A DNA stretch of 64,000 bases from Octopus sinensis. Its lineage: Eukaryota. The stretch spans positions 26,164,001 to 26,228,000 of the forward strand of contig NC_043015.1 of the NCBI RefSeq assembly GCF_006345805.1, written 5' to 3'. The notes under the pieces are model-generated. The model ran no database searches. It saw only the letters and a program-made list of their open reading frames with translations, and was not told where the DNA came from. Both the position numbers and the translations under genes were made by a program. Shown piece by piece: positions 1 to 12,943 of this stretch (position 1 is its first letter; the number at the start of each line of letters is the position of its first letter).

Positions 1-539
1 GACTAAGATACTGATGGTTTTGAAGCCCTATTTATCAATTTAACTTTTCATTTTGGTTCGAAGAATATTTTTTTATACTAAGAAAGTAAATATCTATAGT
101 TTTGCCTCAACAGTTTTTTAAAACGAAATGCCTTAAATAAATCAATTTGATATTTGTCACACCAATTAACCATTGGGTAGCCATATTATGTAATTTCGTT
201 GTAAACCTCACTGTTTATTATCAAATTAATAAATAAAATATATAAAAATACAGTAGAGATCAGTCCCGAAAATGGTGCTGAATCTACGCAATTAGTTACA
301 AGCAACTGATTAGAACTTTTTTCTAATTTTATTGATCTTTACTGAAGTAGAACAATGATTGATTTGCATGCAAGATTATTTTGATATGAAAAACAATTAT
401 CAAAACACCACTTTTTTTTTCCAAAAGAAGGATTTGTCTTAAAGCAACACTTAGTTACTTTTATCTCTCTTTTACATCATTCGGAAGTTATCTTTCTTAA
501 AGTCTTGCACTCATTCCCTCTAACCTCTAAATTACAGGG

Positions 540-779
540 ATGTAAACAAGCAAATACCGGTTGTCAAGCGGTGTGATGTGCAACAAACGAAAGCAACATG
601 AAACACAGAAGCACATGGCTAAACGCGGCAGGCTTCTACACCGTTTCGATATATTTCACAATGCATTAAGTGGCCAGGGGCAATTGTGACAAACACTTGC
701 GAAAGTTCTATCCAGTGAAACTGAAGGTGAAACCACTGGCTGCGAAGCGAACTTCTTAACCAAATAACTATGCCTGCGA
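540..779 (-). mobile_element. Degenerate tRNA-derived SINE (same family as 53293 and 56146)
   Basis: Reverse complement reads cgcaggcatagttatttggttaagaagttcgc...cttgacaaccggtatttgcttgtttacatc, matching the head and body of the copy at 56146-56492. Confidence 0.6.
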
Positions 780-1644
780 TAACACCACACTTGGCGTCCT
801 GTCTGAAGTTTCTAAGAAATTCAATTGTAATTAAATTACAATAATCAATGATGGCTAAAATTTGTAGATTTATTCTAAATTATAATGCATAATACAAAAC
901 CTAATTTTCTCGGATGTGTAGAAAGTACTTTACAAAGTCAAAGATAATATCTAAAAGAGATTTGTTCTACTGTTTATAAAAGTATCCGTTTTAAAGTTAT
1001 AGAAGTTTTGCACCACACTGATTTAAATGTTTCATCCTACAACAAAATACTGTTTTTAGTTATTAAAAAATTATAACTAATGGAGTCGGGATGAAGCTGC
1101 AAAGATATACAACTTAAAAGCAGTGTGCTGCCGCTTAAACATGGATAAGGACTGGAATATTTTCCTAGCAGATGTTATGGAGTTACACTCTAGAAATTCT
1201 TTCCTTGATTAGCCTACTCCATATATTTTTTTCATTACCATTCTTCAAATATTCGTGTTACGTTCGAAATTATTATCTGGGTGTTCTTATGTTTTTCGTC
1301 TTCTTTCTTATGTTTGTGTATGTGTATGTGTGTGTGTGTGGGTGGTGGGGAGTAAGTATTATGTTTATTATTATCATTTTATTTTTATTTTTTGCATTCA
1401 ATCTTTTATCAAACTATCCTTTCATTGAGGACTAGAGGAATTGCCGTGTTTCCGAAATGCAATTTGGGGGAATAAATGAATAAATAAATAAATGAATAAA
1501 TAAATAAAATAAATAAATAAAAACAACATAAAGGGGGAAAACAAGAGGACAATAAAATGTATCAAGAGATATTGAAAAGCGTCATGTGCCTGAAAAAGGC
1601 GGGAGTAGAAAAGATGAAAGAAGAAACATGAAAGGTGAATATAC

Positions 1645-1708
1645 ATGAACACACACACACGCGCGCGTACACGCACACACACATACATAAGCATGTACAC
1701 ACACACAC

Positions 1709-1797
<89 letters not shown>

Positions 1798-2082
1798 CAT
1801 AAGTGTGTGTCTGTGTGTACGTTAGCGTGTGTGCTTGTGTGCGTGTTTATATGTGTATCAAAAGAAGGATGAAAGCGGTAACATCAAAGGTAAATATGGC
1901 GGACAAATCTTCAACCCAAACGAAGGAAACAATATACATGACCGACATGCGATAAACCCAGAATTACCCACTACTCTCTCTCTCTCTCTCTCTCTCCCTA
2001 TATATATATATATATGTTTGTGTGTGTGTGTGTGTGTGTGTATGTGTCCCTCTCTCTCTCACACACACACACACACATACAC
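1645..2082. repeat. Compound microsatellites (CA)n/(TA)n/(CT)n/(GT)n; representative of dozens of such tracts in the window
   Basis: Direct reading. Similar tracts at 2325-2575, 3350-3500, 3725-3850, 4447-4520, 6885-7200, 7880-8110, 8450-8545, 11727-11920, 50210-50470, 51880-52130, 55275-55625. Confidence 0.95.
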
Positions 2083-2398
2083 AAAGAAGACAAAAAAAAG
2101 GCTGGCAGTGCGGTTGGTTTTGGCGATGGTGGAATTGGAGAATGAAGGTTGGCATGCCTGATGCTAATTTGGGTAAATTTTTTTATTCTTAGTCACATAA
2201 GTAAAAGGGAACTTTATCAAAGAGTTATTGAGATATCAGGAATTGGTACAGGTTAAGAGAAATCTGGAACTATTTTGATTAAGTTAAAGAAAAAATATGG
2301 AAACAAAATGAAAAAAACCCAGTTATATATATATATATATATACAAATATAAATATGCCTTTCTTTCGTTTGTCCACTCACTTGTGTATATACATACA

Positions 2399-2437
<39 letters not shown>

Positions 2438-2534
2438 TAATATATATATATATATAATATATATATATGTATGTATATATATATATATATATGTATCCAT
2501 CTATCTATCTATCTCTCTCTCTCTCTCTCTCTCA

Positions 2535-2569
<35 letters not shown>

Positions 2570-2571
<2 letters not shown>

Positions 2572-3345
2572 ATACATTCAACAATATTAAGAAATGGCCT
2601 TGATAGGCCATTCGACCCACTAGAAAGAGTAGCTAAACTCAAACCGTTAAATAGTTGTAATTCAGAAACCAAAGGAAAATTAAAACATTTACACCTATCA
2701 TCTTTGGACTATGCATAGTTTCGACATGCATATTGGCAAACCGATTTAATTAAATTAAATTAAATCTATTTGCCACTGGCCTGTCTCGTATTTTCCTTTG
2801 GTTTCTGAATTACAACTAGTTAGCGGTTTGAGTTTAGCTGCTCTTTCGAGTGGGTCGAATGGCCTATCAAGGCCATTCCTTAATATTGTTGAATGTATAT
2901 TATATAGTCTGCTGACTATTTTTTCTTTCTCACTGGACCGCTGGTGGCGAAAAATTTCTCTTGAATTTTTTGCTACCCTGATATTGATTAATTAATGATT
3001 TTTTGGCTAATTCTGAAATTAAATCAGCAGATTGTATTTGCTGCTGATAAGTTGGCGCGGTGACGGTAGATTTTGAAAATTTAGAATATATATTCTCAAG
3101 GCGTCGATGCTGTCGCCTCGTTGATATATATTTCCCTGGCTTCTTTATTTTCCTTTGGTTTCTGAATTACAACTATTTAGCGGTTTGAGTTTAGTTGCTC
3201 TTTCTAGTGGGGCGAATGGCCTATCAAGGCCATTCCCTAAAGTTTTTGAATGAATATTATATAGTCTGTTGACTATTTTTTCTTTCTCACTGGACCGCTG
3301 GTGGCGAAAAATTTCTCTTGAATTTTTTGCTACCCTGATATTGAT
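2570..3345. mobile_element. Penelope-like pseudo-LTR relic: one inverted and two direct partial copies
   Basis: 2570-2680 is the reverse complement of 2790-2900; 2790-2988 is repeated directly at 3147-3345. A hammerhead remnant lies in the spacer. Confidence 0.65.
2707..2789 (-). ncRNA. Hammerhead ribozyme remnant with the 5' core truncated
   Basis: Minus strand: ACGA-GACA...TGTC-GAAA-CTATGCATAG-TC. Stem II closes, stem III is palindromic (ACTATGCATAGT) with a GUC cleavage triplet; the CUG of CUGACGA is lost at the inversion junction. Confidence 0.6.
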
Positions 3346-3416
3346 AAATATATATATATATGTGTATGTATATATATGTATGCTTGTATGTATGTACGTT
3401 TGTTTACTCTGATGAC

Positions 3417-3494
<78 letters not shown>

Positions 3495-3776
3495 ATATAC
3501 AGAGTCACCGAAAAGTAGGTTTACGGGAATTCAACTATCTTTTTCGCGTTCATATATTAACAGTTTCAATCACAATTATATAAGAAATATGAAATCAATA
3601 TTCTATGTGAATTTAATTAATTTTGTCAAGCACCCTTTTCAGTTTGTAAGATAGAAATTTAAATTTAATAAAATGTTTTAAAAGAAATTTTAAATGCCTA
3701 CAATGATATCTGTGGGCCTCTTGTATATATACATTTATATATATATATATATACTCATACACACACATATATATAC

Positions 3777-3845
<69 letters not shown>

Positions 3846-4442
3846 ATACATATTCCACTTCCTAATTTCAGCGGAGGCAATGCGAGCAGGAACTAAAGAA
3901 ACATTACTAAGATCCACAAATAAAGATTAAATACATACATATATTTATACATACATAATTTCTGTTAGTAAATGATTTTCTCTTACGCGAACACCCAACA
4001 ACTTTAATTTCGAAGTATTTGAAAAATTACTTGGAAATTTTAAAGAGAAACGAATGGCAGAATCGGACAGTCCGTATTTTAAAACCGAAAGTTAAAAAGA
4101 ATAAAAAAATAAAAATATGTCGTTGTTTCTCGTATGCCGGGCTTTCCGGTGCTGGTCTGATATGCTTGACGTCTGCTATTTCAGTTGAGTTCTACGCATG
4201 CGAGAAACATCAGATGAAAGTGGAACATTGTGTCCCCAATCAATATCACATTCTGAGCACATTGTTCTATTTGACGTTCTACAGTCCTGATTTTCAAATA
4301 GGACAAAACATGTTCTCAGAGCTCGGAGATTGCTTGGGGACACAGTGCACGTCATAAAATCTGTGTAGCCATGCATCCTAATGGCAAGGAATAATAGTAT
4401 TAGTTCTTGTCTTAATATAGTTTTACAGCGTATATTAATGGT

Positions 4443-4525
<83 letters not shown>

Positions 4526-4685
4526 TACTGTTCCTCTCTCATTCAATTTTTAGCTCATTATGCTATGTAGTTTGTGCTCGATGACTGTGCAGAGATGTTA
4601 CACGCTGTAATTCGTTATTTGGATTGTTCTCCCCACCAGAAACTATTAGTAGCACATAAAACATGTATTGTGTCTATCAAATAAT

Positions 4686-4686
<1 letters not shown>

Positions 4687-4721
<35 letters not shown>

Positions 4722-5345
4722 GTTTAACGTCCGCTTTTCTTGCTAGTATGGGTTGAACGATTTGAACCAGATGGCTGCACCAGGCTCCAATCTGATCTGT
4801 CAGGGTTTCTACAGCTAGATACCATTCCTAACGCCAACCACTCCGAGAGTATAGTGGATGCTTTTACGTGCCACCGGCACGAGGGCCAGTCAAGCGGTAC
4901 TAGCTGCGGCCACTCTCAAATGGTGCTTTTTATGTGCCACCTGCACAGGAGCCAGTCCAGCGGTAATGGCAACGACCTCGCTCAAATGTTTTTTTTTCCC
5001 GTGGCACCAGCACAAGTGCCAGTAAGGCTACGCATGTAACGATCACGCTCGAATGGCGCTTTTTACGTGCCACCGGCAGGGAAGCCAGTTTGTTGCTCTG
5101 GCAGCGATCACGCTCGGAAGGTGCTCTTAGGGCTCCACTTACTAGCACGGGTGCCAGTCATCGAATTTGATTTCGAACTCGATTTCACTTGCCTCAACAG
5201 TTCTTTGCAAGCAGAGTTTAGTGTCCAATGACGAAAAGGTACGCATAAGTGAACTGGTTACACCCCAGGTATAGGCCATGAGGTTATGGTCTCACTTGGC
5301 TTGCTTAGTCTTCTCAAGCACAGCATATTTCCAAAGGTCCCGGCC
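4687..5345 (-). mobile_element. 5'-truncated RTE-clade LINE 3' end with (ATG)n tail
   Basis: (CAT)n tail at 4687-4720. Minus strand near 5290-5340 encodes RDLWKYAVLEKTKQAK*, an RTE-like ORF end. The 3' UTR has internal repeats of ttttacgtgccaccggca. Confidence 0.65.
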
Positions 5346-6887
5346 AAGAAGAGGAAAATCCAAGGATCAAGGTGTAGTACGACAGTAAGCGTCTAGGAGT
5401 CCGAAGAAGGTGTAAAAAAAAACTTTCAAGAACTATAGTGATTTATTGCGTAGAAGGCTGTAAATCCCGTATCGAAGTTCGATAAACTGAAAAAAACTGT
5501 TTCATAGCTTACGGTTAGCAGCAAAGGTTGCTGTACATGCGAGTAGAAATCTCCAAATTACGGAATGGAGTAAATACAATCAAGGCTACATACGTTTCGT
5601 GGCTAGCAGAAGCTCGAAAGTTGTAAGCTACCTACTCGACGAGTAATTAGTGGATATCTTTGGCCCGACGAGTAGCAAGTGGATTATTCCTCCTTTGGAT
5701 AAGTACCACTTCCAAAGTTCTGCTAGCTACTCCATTCCTTAAATTATATGTGCACGCGTTTGTTTGTGTGTGATATTTGTATTGTGTCTGTGTGTCAGGT
5801 ACAATTTATATATAATAGCGATAAGTAATCACTTACATCTGAACTACAAAGTATCCTTTATACAAGAAAAAATTTAAATCTGAGAAAACCTGTTATATTC
5901 TACCTTGAGAAAAACTAACACCAAGAGTTCAGCGGTAGAATAACACTGTTAACGGTGCAAAACAAACTTGTAGGAAACGTCAAACATCTATATTTCTTCA
6001 GTATAAAATCTGTTTCAACGTTTGTATGTTGTGTACTTAACCTCCAAAATATACATCCCTCAAATAACAGAGCCCATTAAGTTAAAAAGTTATATAATCT
6101 CTAATCTGAAAACATTTAGACAGATTTGTTAGTTCCCTAATTCCTTTTACTCCCCCTAAGCTAGCTCCGTCAGAATTGAAGTGTATTTTAACATGTCGCC
6201 GACAATCATACTGTTTATACATACCAGCTGTATTTTTATTGATTTTTATGTAACCAGACGTTATTATATATCCAATTTATGTATGTTATATACTTTCGCC
6301 GCATTCTCTCCATCAAAGATGTATATTTTCCAATGTTTATGAACATGTGTTATCTAACGACTACGGAATTATTTTAACATCACGCTTGGGAAGAAATCTG
6401 TACATTTCTTGTTGGTATGTGTGCAACAAATACTAAAATAAAACAACTCATATTTATGATTTCTTACTGCTGTTGCTCCAGCTACGAATTCCTTAATTTT
6501 CTACATATGTCACAAATAAATATCAATTGCAATCTGCAATCCAAACAGCGGCATTTAGTTTTAAAAGCCATTAGTCAATTCATTATATTACTCTGGACTT
6601 AATAAATTCGAGTTATGTGTACTTGAACGAGTTTACGTGTTCATACTATTTTTTGTGATACAAACTGTCAATATGGATGCTGAAGAGATTTTTCATAATT
6701 TTTCGTCAACGAATTTCTCCTCCGAACACTGTAATCCATTAGCAAGTCTCATATAAATGATTTTAAAAGTGATAAACAAACAAAGTAACATGGGCGCCAG
6801 TTTCCTTAAAAGCAATTCAATTACATTGTTTATTATATTCGCTCGGCGGTTGAAAGAGTCTGCAAACCCTATCAAGTACACACGCAG

Positions 6888-6918
<31 letters not shown>

Positions 6919-7722
6919 CTCTCTCTCTCTCACACACAAACATGTAAATATATACATATAGATACACATACATAAATATTTATATGCGCATTTATATATA
7001 TGTATGTATATATATATATTTATATATACGCATACGTAAATACACACACACACACATATACCCTTGTATATATGTTACATTTTGTATTTGTGCACCGTGT
7101 ATATGTGTATGTGTGTAAGCCGTGTGTATGTATGTGACTGTGTCCACTTTGTGTGTGTGCGTGTCTGTGTCTATGTGTGTGCGTGTGTGTCTGTGTGCGC
7201 TGTAGTCAACGGGTGCTGGCCTATGTGTGTTTTATGTATGATGAAGTAATGGACGTTTGTTTACAAAGACATTACAAATTTGTTGCTTTGACGTAATAGG
7301 TTTAATGACAGATAAAAACCACCACATGTCTTCATCGCTAAACCTACTCCAGTCCTCTCTGCACTCTATAGTTTTCCCTGTATCCATTGCTCTCCACTCC
7401 CCACCCTACCAATGTGTCTTTCTCTTTCTCTCTCTCTTTCTCTGTCTCTATCTCTCTCTCAGTATCTTTCTATCACTATCTCATTTTCACACCAGAAATC
7501 TCCATGTTGACTTCTCTCTCTCCCTCCCTCTCACTCTCTCACTCACTCTCTGTCACTCACTCACTCTCTTTCTTTCTCTCCCTCCCTCTCTCTTTCTCTC
7601 TCTCTCTTCATCCCTCTCTTTATCATTTTGCGATAATTTATTCTGTCTCTCTTTAGAATCTGTCTCTGAATGTGCGCGTGTGTGTGTGTGTATGTGTTTA
7701 TGATTATCTCCGTCCCCCATTA

Positions 7723-7757
<35 letters not shown>

Positions 7758-7936
7758 TAAGTCTCACTTTCTCTCTCTTTAATATTGTGCAGTTTCTTCT
7801 TTGTCTTTTACATATCTTCAGTCTCTCACTGTACATACAGTAAAACTGATAAACAACTCTATATAAATACACGCGTCTTTACATATGTGTGTGTGGGTGT
7901 GTGTGTAAGTATGTATATATATATATATATGTATAT

Positions 7937-8013
<77 letters not shown>

Positions 8014-8027
8014 CGTGTGTGAGAATG

Positions 8028-8067
<40 letters not shown>

Positions 8068-8459
8068 TACATATAGTCATGCATCCATATGTATATATAT
8101 ACACACACACATGCACACACAAACGTGCATATAAAAGTGCGAGATAAATGGTTGTGTTTGTGTTTGATTGAATGTGTGTATGCGTTCGTGTGATCGTATA
8201 TGTACGTGTGTGTGTATGTATGTGTGTATTTGGGCTTTTGTAGATGTGACTGTGTGTATGGTTGTAGGAGCAGAAGTAGATTACAAAATCCGATCTCATC
8301 AAATGATAGTCTCATACACTGAGATCTCATAGAGAGTACATAAATCTTGTATAACCACACATCTCCCCACTCGGTCGCTCGCTCGTTCACTCACTCATTC
8401 ATTCAATTACTCTCTGTCTCTCTCACACTTACAGATACACATACACTTATGTGTGTATG

Positions 8460-8547
<88 letters not shown>

Positions 8548-8755
8548 GTGTGTGGTGGGATGTGTGGGCGTGTATGTATATATATTAATGTTTGTTCTTA
8601 TGTTCCGTTATAATAAAAACCATTTTACATTAATCTGATAGGTTATTCTATACATTTGTAAAGTACAAATTTATTATCGTTAAACAAAAATCTTTTTTAC
8701 AGTGATTTCGAAGTCACTGTCGGCATCATTCTTACTTAACAGTAATGTATATAAA

Positions 8756-8941
<186 letters not shown>

Positions 8942-8947
8942 ACGGTT

Positions 8948-9285
8948 AGGGTAAAGGCCCCACCACCAGCACTTCAGTCATGAACGATCTGGGGGCTGCA
9001 CCCAGAAAGTTCCCCTCCGCGGCACATGTCCAGGTAAAGCTGTTTTATGGAAGATCACTAGTTGTCGACGAGTATGAGTCTCCCCTTTCTACACCACCGA
9101 TGTTATACAAAGGAAAGACAGAAGCTGATAAAGCTTAGCACACACGACGTCACAATTCTTTTCTACAGTTGAATAACTGAAGCAATGCGAAATAAAATAT
9201 CTTGCTCAAGAACACAGCACACATTCTGGTCCGGGAATTGAACTTATTAACTCAGGATTGTAAACCCAAAGCTGTAACCACTGGG
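8948..9285 (-). mobile_element. tRNA-derived SINE with a MetaSINE-like core
   Basis: Minus strand has A-box-like cagtggttacagc, B-box-like agttcaattccc and core gtgttcttgagcaagatattttatttcgcattgct. Second copy at 10231. Confidence 0.7.
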
Positions 9286-9449
9286 TATATATATATTAAT
9301 ATTTCGTTTAGGCATAGTGAGACTAATAACCTCGTGTAGGACTCAATATGCGTATGGTCTGGAAGACAATATTATATGAGTATAGAGCGGCAATAGAAAC
9401 AGAGCTGACGACGGAAAAAACAAATGTTATATAAAGAACTTTATCAGCT

Positions 9450-9522
9450 AATAGCTGTTTCTGCTATAAGATAGAGTGTGCTCTTAGTTGAGCACCAGGA
9501 TAACTTCTTATAGCTTTATCAG
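9450..9522 (-). ncRNA. Degenerate hammerhead motif (Penelope-type)
   Basis: Minus strand: CTGATAA-A-GCTATAAGA...TCTTATAGC-A-GAAA-CAGCTAT-T. 9-bp stem II; G8 and stem III are mutated. Confidence 0.5.
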
Positions 9523-9795
9523 AGTCTTGAATATGAAGTGCACATTCTTTAGGAAAATTACATTTTCAGAACATACAAGCATAATAATATCAACAACAAC
9601 AACAAAAATAATGATAATACTATACACATTCTACATATTCTATATGTGTATATATATGATTCTAATCCAGAAACGTACGTCCATAATAAACCGAAAACTG
9701 TTTCATTTCATTATTTTCTTTTTTTTTTTGCCATATGTGAGTTACAAATATTGTTGTCTGTGGAGACATATTTTTGTGAAAAACAAAATACTAGT

Positions 9796-10059
9796 AATTA
9801 ATTGTTATCGCCATATTAATATGGCAATCTTATAGATATAAGACTAAAAGCTGTCGCTGATTAGCTCCATGAGGCCATCGCCTTAAGATAGTTATTTGAC
9901 ACACAAACTGTGTCCATTATAACCTTCGAAAGTTATAATGGACACAGTTTGTGTGTCAAATAGCTATCTTAAGGCGATGGCCTCATGGAGCTAATCAGCG
10001 ACAGCTTTTAGTCTTATATCTATAAGACTGCCATATTAATATGGCGATAACAATTAATT
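9796..10059. repeat. Near-perfect spacerless palindrome with 132-bp arms (probable Penelope inverted pseudo-LTR)
   Basis: Symmetry axis between 9927 and 9928 (ttc|gaa); the arms pair with only about 3 mismatches. Confidence 0.9.
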
Positions 10060-10230
10060 TCCAGTAACGCTGCCGTAATCTCTTTTAGAGAGACTTAGTA
10101 ATTTTGATATTTCTATTATTAAAATACTAGTACTTTGACTGCTTTTTCTTAAATTTTCGGTATGTGGTCAAGCAACTTGTTGCAAAACCCTTTTTGTTAT
10201 AATTATCTATCTATCTATCTATCTATATAA

Positions 10231-10492
10231 AGGGTAAAGACCCCCTTCGGTCATGAATGACCATGGGATTGCACCTAGAAAGTTACCCTCCTAGACACAA
10301 GTCCGGGCAAGGTTGTTTATGGAAGACCAGCAGTCGCCCATGCATACCAGCCTCCCCTCTCCACGCCACCAGTGTTTATCCAAGGGAAAGACAAAGGTCG
10401 ATACAGCTTGGCACCTGTGACGTCGCAACTCATTTCTACAGATGAGTGAACTGGAGCAACGTGAAATAAAGTGCTTTGCTCAAGAACACAAC
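10231..10492 (-). mobile_element. 5'-truncated SINE, same family as 8948-9285
   Basis: gggtaaagacccc...gtcatgaatgacc...ctggagcaacgtgaaataaagtgctttgctcaagaacacaac aligns with the 8948 copy. Confidence 0.75.
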
Positions 10493-10507
10493 ATATATAT
10501 ATATATA

Positions 10508-10885
10508 CTAGCAGTATCGCCCGGCCTTGCTCGGGTTTGTTTCGACCCTTTAGAATTGGAATTAAAATTTTGCATTATGTAGCTTGTTATTCTCTTTAAG
10601 TGAACATTTTTCTGGTTGAAATACACCGAAAAATGGCGACACAGCAGTCAAAAAATCGTAAAAAAAAAAATAGGGATTTTCATAGAAAAAAAAGCACTTT
10701 TTTGATGTAAATAATTTTTGGTCTTAACATGGTCCGATTTGAATTTTTTTCTTCTACGGAAGGAAGAGCAAGCCTTCTTCTATCATACTCTCAATTTTGG
10801 TCAACTTGCGCCGCAGGGTCTCAGAGGAGATAGTGTTAGTTGAAGGCTACCAAACCTGCCATACACAGACAACTTCAGCTTTATA
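10508..10885 (-). mobile_element. Non-autonomous Helitron (family B)
   Basis: 3' CTAG at 10508-10511 preceded by a GC hairpin (cccgagcaaggccggg on minus); 5' end tataaagctgaagttgtctgtg. Confidence 0.8.
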
Positions 10886-11266
10886 CTAGCAGTATCGCCC
10901 GGCGTTGCTCGGGTTTGTAAGGGAAATAACTATAAAGCATTTTTAGATAGTTATAGCCAAAATATAGCAAAAAAATGGGGAAAAAATGATGGTAAATTTT
11001 TTTGAGAGTTAAAAAGGTGGAGTTGCGTCCCCTAGACAGTCTGTGGTTTGTGTTTCTGATTCTGGACCCCATGTCGAATTTATCGATTTTTTTCAGAACT
11101 GGGGGAACTTTTCAAAATTTTCGCTGCGTTAGTTTTGAATTATGACATTGGGCTATGTGTGTGTCAAGTTTCATCAGAATCGGTTGAAAGCCGTGGTCAG
11201 GGTGAGGGTACAACCAAACAGACACACAGAAACACACACAGACAAACTGCCGTTTATATATATATA
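10886..11266 (-). mobile_element. Non-autonomous chimeric Helitron: 5' end of the 12944 element, family-B type 3' end
   Basis: 11065-11260 matches 12950-13140 in reverse complement; 11005-11056 matches 13520-13571; the 3' end ctagcagtatcgcccggcgttgctcgggtttgt is shared with 10508. Confidence 0.8.
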
Positions 11267-11723
11267 CTAGCAGCATAGCCCGGCGTTGCCCGGGTTTGTA
11301 AGAGACCCTAGTAGGCAACGACTAATCCCAATCTAGTCCTTTCCCTCTAGGGAACGAAGGCGCATGTGTAGGTTGCAATGTCTTCTCTTCACTCGAATAC
11401 TTCTGTGTATACAATGTTCCTAGCTGTCCCTTTGGGCGAAAACATGAAAACATCATTGTGCCTCCCAACGCGTGAACAGCCCACGTACAGCCCAGGAAGT
11501 GTGTTGCATATAAAAACTTAGATTCTCGACCCCATGTCGAATTTATCGATTCCTTCAGAACTGGGGGAACTTTTCAAATTTTTCGCTGCGTTAGTTTTGA
11601 ATTATGACATTGGGCTATGTGTGTGTCAAGTTGCATCAGAATCGGTTGAAAGCCGTGGTCAGGGTGAGGGTACAACCTGACAGACACACAGACACACAGA
11701 CAGACAAACTGCCGTTTATATAT

Positions 11724-11726
<3 letters not shown>
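11267..11726 (-). mobile_element. Internal-deletion derivative of the large Helitron
   Basis: 11267-11488 is the reverse complement of ~18697-18918; 11497-11726 is the reverse complement of ~12948-13168. TC...CTAG termini. Confidence 0.9.
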
Positions 11727-11792
<66 letters not shown>

Positions 11793-12165
11793 TGAATATA
11801 TATATATGTATTATGTATATGTAAATGTACGCATATATATATATATATGTATATATATATGCATATATATATATGTATATATATGACTTAATATACATAC
11901 ACATAAATACATACATATACAGTTGCATTTATGAGTGCCTTTGAGCGTTCATTTTCATCGCTAGTTCTATTCTAAAGTTGAAAGGTAAATTTCAAGAGAA
12001 ATATAATTTACCTGAGTGCTAAACGCTTTCATGTCGCTAATTTATGTATTAAATTTACAGTGCAGAATCAAATTACTTAAATACCGCCAATTATCCAATG
12101 TTTCCGATAACTTGCATCACACAATTTTTGTTTATCATTATTTTTGTTGTTGTTGTCGTTGTTGA

Positions 12166-12222
<57 letters not shown>

Positions 12223-12238
12223 AATTATTATTATTATT
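12166..12238. repeat. (ATT)n trinucleotide microsatellite
   Basis: Direct reading. Confidence 0.95.
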
Positions 12239-12943
12239 CCTATTGTTTTTGTCGTCGCATTCAGATTATCTGTCGCAAGAATCAACGTACATATCAAAGT
12301 TAGACATGAAATTATCACTAAATGCTGTTAAACAATCATCATTAATATAACCAAGGTTGTCATCATTGGAAACATTGTCGACATCCTCATCATCATCATC
12401 ATCATCAACTTCGAAAATATTACCAGACAAGGAACCCAAGAGAGTAAAAAGCAATGCAATGATTCTTTCTATCTGCTGAAATTAGTAAGAAAAATCAATC
12501 CCTTTTATATTATGAGGAGGCAAAGATGCCTGTAACTTGGAAAATCGAGCTTTAGATTACAGACAAATGACAGTTTCATCCCATTAGATTCATCTTTAAC
12601 ATTTCGTGTTCTTAATTAATTTGACCTGTGGATAAACAACAACATCCTCACCGTTAACTATATCAATCCCAAACAAGAGGCCGGGCCTTTATTGTTCTGC
12701 TAAGAATTGCAACCATATCAGCCATAAAAACAGCTTACTGAATCTCAAAGCTGAAGACCACATTAGCTGCTCAGTTCCTCATCCCAATGGTTCGCAATGA
12801 GGGAGGTGCAAGACCTTACCTAATATGTTTTATTATTTTCATGTCCTGAACGCTATTTATTTATCGATACAATTTTATTTTTAATCCTTTTACAAAGCTT
12901 CTGAAGTATTTTAACAGCATATTTTAATTTTAATTTGTTTTCA

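Noticed and set aside
1725-1796. Recurrent single phase slips (AA or TT) within (TA)n tracts across the window
   Set aside because: Consistent with slippage or long-read consensus error; no evidence of function.
5361-5380. caaggatcaaggtgtagta resembles U2 snRNA (aagatcaagtgtagta); similar at 48683
   Set aside because: The match is short and gapped with no flanking U2 sequence; more likely the end of a shared interspersed repeat.
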